From: the human T2T-CHM13v2.0 reference genome, Homo sapiens
DNA: 64,000 nt
Strand: one strand, 5' to 3'
Assembly: GCF_009914755.1 (NCBI RefSeq)
Contig: NC_060947.1
Part shown: one piece after another, positions 51,837-64,000 of the stretch
Layout: each line of letters opens with the position of its first letter
Position numbering within the stretch: position 1 is the stretch's first letter
Program-made: the position numbers and the translations under genes
Notes under the pieces: generated by a model
Databases searched by the model: none
Told to the model about the DNA's origin: nothing
Seen by the model: only the letters and a program-made list of their open reading frames with translations

Positions 51837-54800
51837 TCTTCAACCAAACTGATTGCCCCATGTGAAAACTGCCCTCAAGTCAAACCAGTCTCGTTAATAT
51901 CTTCTTTATACATCATGATCACTACCACCTCAACAGCTTTGATCATGCTATTCCCTCCAGTGGAAACACTCTTTCCCTTTCCCCCACCAACAAAATATCA
52001 ACACCTCCTTAAGGCCTAACTCCAATCCCTCCTAGTCCCTAAAGCTTTCCGCCAACAACTGCAGTATTCAGGGGCCTCTCCTTTCTTTCAATTCCAATTG
52101 CATCATGAAAGGAAATAAAACATCAATCGGATTGCAATCCATGGGTTAGAAAATGAGGCATTCCTTAGAAGTCCAAGTTTCAGTAGTTTCACTACCTCTA
52201 ATATTCCTGATACTTAAATCATCAGGATAATCTCTCTATTCATCTCCTTCTGATGATACAATTGACAGTAATATAATCATTTAGGTGAAAAATCTATTTT
52301 CAACCAAACTTACCAAAATCCTTCATTAAATAGAATTCTTTTTGCATACAACTTTTAAAATAATGAATTAAAACACAGAATAAGCTAATTTACTTTTTAA
52401 TCACCTTCCAGGGGATGTCCTGATCTTGGCAGACACTCAGCCTCATGTCCATAGCCTGTACCATCCATCTTGGAGAGTGAGAACTAATTCTTAAGATGAT
52501 GATCCTGTGAATCTTCAAAAGAGGTTTAGCAGATCCTACTCACTAAGGCAGGAAGGTCGATTCAGACTAAAAAACTTCCAAGAACATAAGGAAAAAATAG
52601 AATTTTAACTGACCAAGGAAGTCAAGATAGACTCTATAAAAGAAAATGTAAGCTCTTCAAAGAAAGGGACCAAATCTTAATTATCTTTGTCTCCCTTGAC
52701 ATACGCTAGAGACTCAGTAAAGAAACCCCCTACCTAGAGATTTTCGATAGATCCATTTGGATGTTTTATTTAAAATCTCCTCAAAGGCTGAAAATGTCTG
52801 CTCTGAGTCTTCAATTTAACAGCTTCATTTATACCTATCTTTTCACCTTTTTTTTTGTTTTTTGGAAATTTCTTCCTCCCTCTTGTCCTCTCTCACTGCA
52901 AATCTTTTGATTTCTTTCACAGAAGCGTATTGAGCACGGCACCCTTTCAGTAATGTTCCGTTTTTCTTCTTGTTTTTAAATCAACCATATGTCCCCCCAA
53001 CCTCCACCCTCATTAAGAAGTGAAGCTCTGATGATTCTGGCTTTCTCCTTTAACAGAAGAGTTCTGTTATAAAGAAGAGAAACCTCACTTATAGACTCAG
53101 GGTTAGCCTAAGAAATGGAGACCCTTTATGCTGCTATTTACTTGATGCAATATTTTAAAATGGAATATGTGTGTGCTCTCTCCAAAATTTTACCAGGCAA
53201 AAGCCCCAGTATGGAATGCCTTTACATTAATCAGCTTTCCCGGCAGCATAATGATGCTGGAAATTCGGAAAGCAATGGAGGATTCTTAGTCGGATTTAAT
53301 AGGCTCGGGCACTTTGCTAACACACTGCAGTGGATCAATTGAAGTTAATTATTATACAAGATTAAACCCCAAGTAACTACAGTACATCAAACCAATGCAA
53401 AAAGCTCTGGCTAGGAAGAAGAAAAAACAATCATGAATTCTGGAGGTAAGACTTTTCTATGCAGTCCTTAACTCACTATATTGCGTAGCTGCATATAAAC
53501 ATATTGGACTAATACAATATGAAATCCACATATTAAATACTGAAAGTGAGATATAAACTTCACTTACTGTCTCCATGGTATACTTAACCTGGGGACCTGA
53601 AGAAATAGCTGTGAATTTTCTTAACATTTCCATTTATTTTTAGAGAGTTGATTTGTCTTCCACTGCTTGCCAGGATTTACATTTCCACCCACCAGGGACT
53701 CAACGTTTTATGATCATTGACCATTCTAAGAAAAATAAGTATCTGAGTAAGTCACAGAAGCAAATAAATGGGGTTTCACATTTATTCACTGCCTGAGTCA
53801 CTTCAAGAGAACATGGCTAAACCTAGAATGGGTGCTTCATAAGTAACTGTTGGTAATTTGAAGGTGTATGCTTTAAGTTCTTTAGGAACCAAACTGGGAA
53901 AGACAAAGGAACACACTAGAAAGTAGAAAACAATGACAAACCATATGTATGCTAATTTGTTGTCATTAGGTGATAGTGATGTACCTTTTGGGTAAGATTA
54001 TGTTTTTAAAATATCAACCATTTCTTCCCAAGAGTTTATTTTTCTCCTTATCCTTACCTTCATTGAACAGCTAAACAATTCTCTGCTCATTTTGCTTTGG
54101 CAGACAGCAAACAACAGAAACAGCATAAAGCAGTGGGGAGCAAAAGGCTTCTCATCTTGGCATTTAAGTTTCAAAAGCCTAGCAAAGGGCTCACAACACA
54201 GACAAATAATATTTGTGAGAAAGCAAAGATTACTCCAACTATTCCTCCACAAGAACAGAAAAAGATTTCCCAGGATGAGAGAACTAAGGAAAGTTGGAGA
54301 GGAAATAATGAGAATATAAATGTCAAATGATCCCAGAGAAGGGTCCAGAAACAAAAGTTACATAGGTTTTTGGTTTCCAAGAGATAGAGAATTTGGGCCT
54401 CATTTTTAAGTAAATCCCTTGGGAAACAATAAGATACACCAGAGAAAAAATGGCTTACATGTGTTCAGGCAGAAGGGGCCATAGACTGTGTCACAGAAAT
54501 TTACTACACCTCATCATGGTGCAGGAACAGCTGAGTAATTCACATGAGCACAATAGTAACATGAAAATAGCAGAAAAAACCAATCAACCTAAAGGAGCAA
54601 TGAGGGTAACAGCAAGGAGTATCTTTCCTGATGGTGTCTACGGACACTTGATGAAGGCTCAGATGGGACTATGGACATCTCAGCAGACGCCTATATGAGC
54701 AGATGATATTGAGGATATAGTAGATCACCTCCCAATATCTTGGCACTAAATGAGTTCTCCACCTACCCCTCAATAACTTAGATGCAACCCACAGGAAAAA

Positions 54801-55242
54801 AGTGTGATAGCCCCAAACTGACTACAATTAAGTTTTCAAACTCTGTTGGAATGAAGATTCTAAGTTGAAATTTATCAGAAAATAAAATTTCATTTCTTGT
54901 ACACATTAGTTTGTGGACTGAGATTCATGCCTGTATATCTGCAAGCATACGTAAAACAAAATACAGGCTAAAAACATTAAAATTCGGGGTGGACAAGCCA
55001 TTTATTCTATAAATATTTATTCATTGGTCACTATGGCTTTAGTTAGGGGATGGTGAGGGGAACATAATGGAAGGAAGATTTTGTGGAAATTAATAGAGCC
55101 TTAACAAAAGAGTTGAATTTTCAAAGGCAGGGCAAGGTAGTAGATAAGGAAACAGAAAGGAAACTCTAGCATAGGAAGCAAATGATAGCCACATTCTTAT
55201 TTAACTTTATGTTAAAATATTGCTTCTCAAACATTAGTGCAA

Positions 55243-55381
55243 GAGAAAAGCACCCAGTCACATATAAAGAGAACCCAAACTAACAGTGGATTTCTCAGCA
55301 GAAATCTTACAGTCCAGAAGATAACGAGATGGCATTTTCAAAGTGTTGAAAGAACAACAATAACAAAAAATCTGCTAGTCG
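55243..55381 (+). mobile_element. Isolated internal L1 ORF1 fragment with 13-bp flanking direct repeat
   Basis: ctaacagtggatttctcagcagaaatcttacagtccagaaga is homologous to ORF1 segments at ~8540-8610 and ~32245-32330; aacattagtgcaa at 55230-55242 and 55382-55394. Confidence 0.85.
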
Positions 55382-55475
55382 AACATTAGTGCAAATAAGA
55401 AACAGCTTTCATGATTTTGTTTCACAATTCAACACTCAGACCCCACTACCAGACATTTTGACTCCATGGGTATTG

Positions 55476-55700
55476 AGAAAGCTCAACAAACTTTTTCTGC
55501 AAAGGACAATATAGTAAATATTTTAAGATTTTCTGATCATGTAGGCTTTCTTACAACTACCCAATTCTGCACTGTGGTGTGAAACCAGCCATAAATAATA
55601 CATAAGTGAAAAGGTATGTCTGTGTTCCAATAAAACTTTATTTGCAAAAAACAGGCAACAGCTTGGATTTGGACCACAGGCCACAGTTTGCTAACCCCTG
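55476..55700. mobile_element. MER58A-like hAT MITE within a MER5-like remnant (~55220-55785)
   Basis: caaactttttctgcaaaggacaatatagtaaatatttt...tgtgttccaataaaactttatttgcaaaaaacaggc...cacagtttgctaacccctg. Confidence 0.85.
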
Positions 55701-55899
55701 CTCTTAAGCAAGGTCTGACACTTGTAATTTTAAAAAGTTGTACAAGTGATTCGAACGCTTAGCGAAAACTATTGGAAAAACACTGAATTAGAACATAATT
55801 TTCCAGAAAGCTTTGATTTGAATACAAATAGGTTACCTATGAGGGGTTAGCGCATTAATCCTTACCAAAGTTGTAACTTAAAAAACACAAAATTGGGAC

Positions 55900-58312
55900 A
55901 AAATACACATGGGTCTCAGAGGAGAATAGCAAAAATGTTATGCAGAAATCCCAAGTTAAATATTACCAAATAGAATTCTGTAGTACATTAAAAAGCATAA
56001 GCAATCAGAACTAAGTGGAGCTAATTCAAAGAATACCAAGATATTTCATACACTTTGACCCCCAAATTTAATCATTCACAGGAGACTATATGCTTTAATT
56101 TGCATAGAATGTCTCTGGAAAAATATACAAGAAATGGTTAACAAGTGGTTGCCTCTAGGGAGAGGAATTTGTTGACTGAGAAACAGGGTTGAGAAGGAGC
56201 CTTGTTGTATATACCATACTTTGAGGCTTTAGGATTTTACATGATGTGCAAATACTATACATTAAAAATAAGTAATTATTATAATTTTTAAAATTGTACC
56301 GCATTAATTGATTCATTTAGCAAATCTTTATTGGCCTCTTCCCTGGGGACATAACAATAAACAAGATATCCAGCAGAGGAAACCATTAAGCAAACAATTC
56401 AGAAAATGTGGCCTGAGTGCCACATTTTTCCAGATTCCACCATCAGAAATTCTGATCCAACTGGGGGAGTGGGGGCAGATGATCAGTATGTTTTTAAAAA
56501 CTCCTAAGGTGATTCTAACTATACTAGTCATATTTGAGGACTTCTTAATTTAAATAAATATGATTTGCTGGTGGAAAAGCCTAGAGAGAATCTTAATTGC
56601 ATCTGAGGCTGACACTTCTCCAGAGGACATGACAGGTGCATGGTGTCATCTTTTATAACAGTGAGGCAGGGGGTCAAGGAGAGAATGAATGTCACAAACC
56701 TAGAAAGTCTGTTGAAATAACTTAGCTACAATAAAAATCTTACCAATATCCAGACATATGAAACATGCATTAAAAAAAGAATTAAACAAACACTAAACTT
56801 CTCTTCTTCAACACTGGAAGTTGGAAGACATGGGAACAATATATACACATGTTTGGGGAGAAGAGATTTAATCAAATATTCATGCATGAGAATAAAAGAA
56901 AAAAAATAAGTAAGGACGTGATTGAGTTTAGAAAGTAGGACACTCAGGTATTCTTTATAAGTAAAATACTCAAAGAGAACATTTTTCCAAATGAAAATTA
57001 TAGTACACCAAAGAACTCAAATATAACACATCAAAGAATTTAAAATTTTTAATTCAAAAAAATTTGTAGGTAGATAATGGTAATATAAAAATAATTTGTA
57101 ATATAAATGCTAAGAAAAATATATTGAGCTATAACTTCCTTCTTGTAAAGGTAAATATAATCTTACCCTGGAAAAAAATATTATTTTAACAAAATGTGGG
57201 ATTTTGTTGAGGAAAGAAGGAGTGAGGATTTAAAAGCTTTGTAAATGTCTCACTTTTAGTAAGAAGTTAGTTGGAACATTGCAGTAAAACATTTTGGGGG
57301 TTGGAAAGCATAACATTTAATTTTGGCATTTTGATAGAAGAATTTAGCTTTAAATACTACAAAATTGTAGAAATGTAGTACTAGAAAAATAGAGAATGTA
57401 TAACAGCAAAGAATGAATTTTTCTCAATCTGAAAAATCCAGCAAATATAAGAAACAGTAACTGAGCAAATAATTCCAGCCTAACAGTAAGCACAAAATGA
57501 GAAAAAAGGAAAAATACAAGTATGTCAGTACGACAAATGTAAATGGGGTTGAACTCCCTGTAAAAGAAATTCTCAGACTGAATTATGAAATAAATGTTGA
57601 AAATAAAGAAATAAGCAAAAATATATCAGGCAAATATAAACAAAAAGCATGTAAGAGTAGTGATATTGGTATCAGAAAATGGAAATTAAAGTGAAAACTA
57701 TTAAATGGTACAAAGAGAAACATTTTGCAACTGATTTATTCATTGAATACCTACTATGTGTCAGGCATTCTGTTAGGACAAGGAAGAAACAATAACCAAA
57801 CAGAATAAAAGAACTGTTCTTGAGGACCATGTTCTACAGTAGAAGAAAAATATTAAACAAAAAAGTAACTTATTTGGTATATTAGAACATGAAAAATGCT
57901 ATAAACAGAAATTTTAAAAGTGGGCAAAAGTAGTAGGGAATGCTTCAGATGGGATAGGAGAAGCTGATTTGAGAAAGTAACATTTGAGCAAGCACTTTAA
58001 AAGGCATAATGGTAAAAAAAGCTAAGAAGATATAATATGTAATAGTTAAATCTTTATGCACCAAACAATATACCAGCAAAAACTCCCAGGAGTTTATATG
58101 TATATATATACATACATAATAGAGAATGTTAATAGATGTCTTTTAGAATATGACAGATCAAGAAGGGAAAAATTAGTAAGGACATAGGGATGAGTCATTC
58201 AATCAAAAATTTTCCTTTCAAAGAATATATGTTTTCCTCTTATGGCTAAGGAACATTTATAATAATCAACCCTGTATTTGACACAAAGGAACCTTAATAA
58301 ATTCATACAGTA
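55900..58312 (+). mobile_element. Highly degraded old L1 (L1ME-like) fragments interspersed with MER5 (~56395-56530) and L2 (~57735-58000) pieces
   Basis: aaatgtaaatggggttgaactccc, aatctttatgcaccaaacaatata, gacagatcaagaagggaaaaattagtaaggacatag resemble the ORF2 endonuclease region; L2 tail ttcattgaatacctactatgtgtcaggcattctgttagg. Confidence 0.55.
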
Positions 58313-58324
58313 AAGGTTTTTTGT

Positions 58325-58905
58325 TTGCTTGTGGTTTTATTGAGCTGTAATTGCCAAATAATAAATTGTACATTTAAAGTATAAAACTTGATGAACTTTG
58401 ACATATGTATACTCTCATGAAACCATCACTACAATCCAGATAATGAATGCATTCACCATCCCCAAAGGTTTCTTTGTGCCCTTTATAACCCATTCCTCCC
58501 TTCCCCCAATCCATATTCAGACAACCAGTGATCTAATTTTTGTTGCTACAGATTAGTGTACATTTCCTAGAATTTTATATACAGGGAATCATTCAGCATG
58601 TACTCCTATTTTTGACTTGCTTCTTTCACCTCAGCATAATTATTGTTAATTTCACTCATGCCATGCATATATCAATAATTTTTGTTTCTTCTCATTGTTG
58701 AATGCTATTTTCATTGCATGGATGTATCACAATTTATCCATTCAGTTGCTGATGGACATGCTTTGTTTCCATTTTTGGCTATTTTATATAAAGCTGCCAT
58801 GAACATTTATGTACAATGTACAAAGTTTTCATAGAATATGCTCTCATTTCTCTGGAGTAAATACCCAGGAATAGAAATGGAATGGCTGAGTCAAATTGTA
58901 GGTAT
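58325..58905 (-). mobile_element. Old L1M 3' end (L1MD/ME1-like)
   Basis: tttattgagctgtaattg...catgaaaccatcactacaatccagataatgaa...ttcagttgctgatggacat. Confidence 0.75.
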
Positions 58906-58908
58906 AAC

Positions 58909-58919
58909 ATGGATGGATG

Positions 58920-58960
<41 letters not shown>

Positions 58961-58967
58961 ATAGATA
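58909..58967. repeat. (GGAT)n(AGAT)n tetranucleotide STR
   Basis: atggatggatggatagatagatagat..., located at the tail of the adjacent antisense L1. Confidence 0.95.
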
Positions 58968-60572
58968 ATTTCAATTGATAAGTAATAATTGTGCATATAT
59001 ATATTTCTGAGGTACAATATGATGTTCTGATATATGTAAACATTGTGAAATAATTAAAAAGAGCTAATTAACACATCTAACATCTTACCTACTTACTTTT
59101 GTGCTGAGAACACTTAAAAATTTATTCTTTTAGCAATTTTGGAATATATAACGTATTATTATTAATTGCAGTCACCATGCTGTGCAAGAGACCACCAGAA
59201 CTTATTTCTCCTGTCTAACTGAACCTTTGTATCTTTTGACATCTCCCCTTTCCTCATCCCTCTCCTCAGCTTCTGGTAACCACCATTCTACTTTCTACCT
59301 CTATGAGTTCAACTTTTTTAGATTCCACATGTAAGTGAGATCATACACTATTCATCTTTCTGTGCCTGGCTTATTTACTTAGCATAATGTCCTCTACGTT
59401 CATCCATGTTGTCTCAAATGATAGAATTTCCTTCTTATAAGGCTGAATAATATTCCACTGGGTGTATATACCACATATTCTTTATTCATTGACAAACATT
59501 TACGTTGATTCCATATCTTAGCTCTTGTGAATAATGCTGTAATTAACATGCAAATGCAAATATCTTCAATATACTGATTTCAATCCCTTTGAATATATAC
59601 CCAAAAGTGGGATTGCTTTAATTCTGTTTTTAGTTTTGTAAGGAACCTCCACACTGTTTTCCATAATGGCTGTACTAATTTGCATTCCCACCAACAGCAT
59701 ACTAGCATTCCCTTTTCTTCATATTCTTGCCAACATTTGTCTTCCATCTTTTTTATAATAACCATTCTAATAGGTGTGAGGAAGTATTTCATTGTGGTTT
59801 CAATTTGTACTCACCTGATGATTAGTGATCATATGATGCTGAGCACTTATTTGTACATCTTTTGGCCATTTGTGTGTATTCTTTTGAGAAATATCTGTTC
59901 AGGTCCTTTGCCTATTTTTAATTGGGATATTTGTTTTCTTGCTACTTACTGAATTATAGAGTTATATTTTGGATATTAGCCTTCTAATCATATGTACGAT
60001 TTGCAAATATTTTATCCCAATTCATGAGTTGTCTCCTCACTCTTTTAATTGTTCCCTTTACCGTGTAGAAGTTTTTTAGTTTATGCAACCTCTTATGTAT
60101 ATTTTTGCTTTTCTTGCCTGTGCTTTTAGGTTCATATCCAAATCACCACCCATACCAATGTCATAAAGCTTTCCCCCTATATTTTCTTCTAGTTTTTACC
60201 ATTTCAAGTCTTACACTTAAGTCTTTAATCCATTTTAGGTGATTTTTTCATACAGTGTGAGATAAGGGTCCAATTTCATTCTTCTGCATGTAGATATCCA
60301 GTTTTCCCAACATCATTTATTGAGAAGACTGTCCTTTCCATACTGTGTATTCTTGGCACCTTCATTAATTCAATTGACCATAAGTGGGAAAACTTATTTC
60401 TGCATTTTTTATGCTGTTCCATTGGTCAATGTGTCTGGTCTTATGCCAGTACCATGTCGTTTTGCTTACTATAGCTTTGTAGTATAGTTTGAAATTGAGT
60501 AGTGTGATGCATGTCTCTAGCTTTGTTCTTTTTGCTCAAGATTGCTATTGCTATTCAGAGTCTTTTGTAGTT
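58968..60572 (-). mobile_element. L1MA-like (MA5-7) 3' portion
   Basis: gtcaccatgctgtgcaagagaccaccagaacttatttctcctgtctaactg...ttagattccacatgtaagtgagatc; minus [22 protein letters not shown]. Confidence 0.85.
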
Positions 60573-60762
60573 CAAAGAAAAGCCCAGGACCTCATGGCTT
60601 CATGGCTAAATTCTACCAAACTTTTAAAGAAGCACTAATACCAAACTTTCTCAAAATCTTCCCAAAAAATGAAGAAGAAGGAATGCTTCCAAATTCATTT
60701 TATGAGGCCAGCATTACACTAATATGAAAGCCAGACAACACCACTAAAAGAAAAGAAAATTA

Positions 60763-61070
60763 AGCCAGGTACAGTGGCTCATGTCTGTAATCCCAGCACT
60801 TTGGGAGGCTGAGGCAGCCAGATCATTTGAGGCCAGGACTTCAAGACCAGACTGACCAACATGGTGAAATCCGAACTCTACTAAAATACACAAAATTAGC
60901 TGGGCATGGTGGTGGGTGCCTGTAATCTCAGCTACTTGGGAGGCTGAGGCAGGAGAATCGCTTGAAGCCAGGAGACGAAAGTTCCAGTGAGCCAAGATCA
61001 CGCCACTGCACACCAGCCTGGGTGACAGAGTGAGACTCTGTCTCTAAATAAATAAATAAATAAAATTAAG
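60763..61070 (+). mobile_element. AluS (Sx/Sz-like)
   Basis: Full dimer with (TAAA)n tail; TSD agaaaagaaaatta at 60749-60762 and 61071-61084. Confidence 0.93.
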
Positions 61071-61870
61071 AGAAAAGAAAATTACAGGCCAATATCCCTG
61101 ATAAACCTAGATACAAATATCCTTCAACAAAATACTGGCAAACTAAGTTCAACAGCACATTTAAAGAATTATTCACTTTGATCAAGTGGGATTTATCCCT
61201 GTTATACAAAGATGATTCAACATACAGAAAACAAAACATGTGCTATACCATGTTAACAAAATAAAAGACAAAAACTGCATGATCATCTCAATAGAAGAAG
61301 AAGAGCATTTGACAAAAGTCAGCACCTTTTCATGATAAAGTTCTCTCAACAAATTAGGTATAGAAGGAACATACCTCAACAAAATAAAGACTGACAAGTT
61401 CATAGCTACCATCATACTCAGTAGTAAAAGTTGAAATGTTTTCCTCTAAGATCAGAAACAAGGCAAGGATACCCTCTTCCAACCACTTCTATTCACCATA
61501 CTGCTAGAAGTCCTAGCCAGAGCAATTAGTCAAGAAAAAAAATTAAAGGCGTCCAAATTAGAAAGAAAGAAGTAAAATTATCTCTGTTCACAGAGGATAT
61601 AATCTTATACATAGAAAACTCAAAAGTGTCCACCAAAAGACTGCTAGAACTAATTTAAAAAATCAGCAAAGTAGCAGGATACAAAGTCAACACACAAAAC
61701 TCAGTAACATTTCTATATACTAACAATGAATAATCTGAAAAGGAAATTAAGAAAACAATTTATAATAGCATCAAAAATGCTTACAAATAAACTTAAGCAA
61801 GAAAGTGAAAGACTTGTACAATGAAAACTACAAAACAATGCTGAAAGAAAATAAAGAGAAAAATAAATGG

Positions 61871-62789
61871 TGAAGGAAAAAATGTTTTCTCTACTCAGAA
61901 GACTTCTGACACCATATGTATGGGTTTCTTTCCCCACACCAAGCAATCCTCCAATTCTCTGCAGACAGCAACTGGGTACCCAGTGATTTAATTCAATTCT
62001 GACACTAGCTACCCAGAGTTAGTGTCAGACCCACACAAGTCAAGTACTCAGTCCCACTAGACTGCCTCCGACTTCATATGCCAATTACAAGTATTAGGCC
62101 CCCAGGTTACCCACACTTAATTGGTTACAAATCAGGGATCCCCATGACCCCTCCTCAGGTTTGATAATTTGCTATAGCAGCTCACAGAACTTAGGGACTT
62201 ACTTGTGATTTCTGGTTTATTAAAAAGGATATTATAAATGGTACAAATGAACAGCCAAATGAGGAAATACATAGGGTGAGGTCTGGAAGAGTCCCAAGCA
62301 CAGGAACTTCTGTCTCTGTGGAGTTTGAGGTTCACCACACTCTCAGCATGTGAGTGCATTCATCAACACAGAAGCTCTCTGAATCTTGTTTTTCAGGGAT
62401 TTTATGAAGATTGCATTACATAGATGTGATTGATTAGATCATTGGACATTGGTGATTTAATTCAATCTCCAGACCCTCTCTCCTCCCCGGAGGTATGGGG
62501 AGTCAAGGTAAAAGTTTCAATTTTCTAATCACCTGGTTAGTTCCTCTGGCAACCAGCATCCTTCCCAAAGCTATCCAGGGGCCCAGTCACCAATTATCTC
62601 ATTAGTATACAAAGACAATTTATTACTCTGGAGATTCCAGAGGTCTTAGAAGCTCTTGTATCAGAAGCCAAGAATGAAGACAAAATGTTATAACAAAAGA
62701 TACTGCTATCACCCCATCACTCAAGAAATTGCAAGTTTTAGATACTCTGTGTCAGGAAACAAGGGAAGAGACCAATATACACTGTCACA
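61871..62789 (-). mobile_element. MER21C-like solo LTR
   Basis: TG...CA ends; 5-bp TSD aatgg at 61866-61870 and 62790-62794; motifs aattcaattctgacactagctacccagagttagtgtcagacccac and ccatcactcaagaaatt. Confidence 0.85.
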
Positions 62790-64000
62790 AATGGAAAGGC
62801 TTCCCATATTTAATGGCTCGGAAAACTTAATGTTAAGATTCCAGTGCCACCCAAAGCAATCTACAGATTCAGTGTAATCCCATTCAAAATCCCAATTATA
62901 TTTTTTTCCAGAAATAAGAAATCAATCCTAAAACTTTTATGGAATTTCAAGGTACCAGGAATAACCAAAACAATCTTGAAAATAAAGAACAAAATTGTAG
63001 CACTCACACTTACTTATTTCAAAAGTTACCAGAAAGCTACAGTTATTGTAACAGTATGGCACTGGAATAAAGATAGACATATAGATCAATTAATAAAATA
63101 GGGAACCCAGAAATAAATCCTCACATATATGATCAAATGATCTTTGACAAGTGTTCTAGGACCATTTAAGAGGGGACAAGAGAGTCTTTTCAACAAAAGG
63201 TGCTGAGAAAACTGGATATCCACATGCAAAAGAATAAAGTCAGACCCTTAACTAATATTATGTACAATTTTTGTACATAGCTAATCTTTAATTCAAAATG
63301 GATCAAAGAATTAAATATAAGAGCTAAAACCATTAAACTCTTGGAAGAAAATAGGCGAGAGCTTTACAACATTGCATTTGGCAATGATTTCTTGGATATG
63401 ACACCAAAAGTACAAGTAAGTAAGGCAAAAATAAACAAACTAAAAATGATAAAAACTAAAAACTATTATGCATCAAAGAATACTATCAACATATTGAAAA
63501 GGCAATCTGGGCAATGGTATAAAATATCTGCAGATCATATGTCTGCTAACGAATTCATATCCAGAATATACAGAGAGCACTAAAACTCAACAACAAAAAC
63601 AAAACCCCAAACAATCCAACTAAAAATGGGCAAAAAACTTGAATAGACATTTCTCCAAAGAAGATATATTAATAGCCAATAGGTCCTTGAAAAGATGCTC
63701 AACATTAGTAATCATTAGAAAACTACAAATAATAACCACATTGAGATAACACATTACATCCATTAGTGTGGCTACTATTAAAAAAAACATGAAATAAGTG
63801 TTGATGAGGACATGGAGAAATTGGAACCCTTATGCACTGTCGAGGGGACTGCAAAATGATATGGGCACTGTGGGAAACAATATAGTGGTTCCTCAAAAAA
63901 TTAAAATAAAATTGCCATTCCACCTGGCAATTTTACATCTAGGTATATACCCAAAAGGATCGAAAGCAGAGTCTTGAAAGAGATATTTGTATACACATGT

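Larger units (their letters stand above)
60575..64000 (+). mobile_element. L1M (MB-like) ORF2 remnant running off the window, interrupted by an Alu and an LTR
   Basis: [19 protein letters not shown]...[12 protein letters not shown]; PKAIYRFSVIPFKIP; colinear across both inserts. Confidence 0.85.

Noticed and set aside
58968-64000. Head-to-head L1 junction at ~60573 as a twin-priming inversion
   Set aside because: The plus segment continues through the same ORF2 region covered by the minus segment and looks like a different subfamily; no enclosing TSD seen.

Overview
Primate (human-like) intergenic DNA made mostly of transposable elements; no prokaryotic system, RNA gene or CRISPR array is supported. 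The only cellular-gene-derived sequence is an intronless MRRF (mitochondrial ribosome recycling factor) retrocopy on the minus strand, probably MRRFP1 or an orthologue. It keeps a complete 262-codon ORF and a ~2.5 kb 3'UTR, and is bounded by a 17-bp target-site duplication (TSD) inside an MLT1 LTR. The rest is mainly LINE-1: an L1MA2-like element with two nested L1PA inserts (~4.6-14.5 kb), and a 21-kb nested stack inside one 15-bp TSD (28.2-49.6 kb). The innermost layer of that stack is an L1-mobilised, polyadenylated ERV (MER48/HERV-H48-like) processed copy. Smaller oddities are a 134-bp inverted duplication across a MER53/MER63 junction, a tailless internal L1 ORF1 fragment with a 13-bp TSD, and two L1-in-L1 joins at homologous positions. 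Repeat subfamily names come from recalled consensus features and are approximate.
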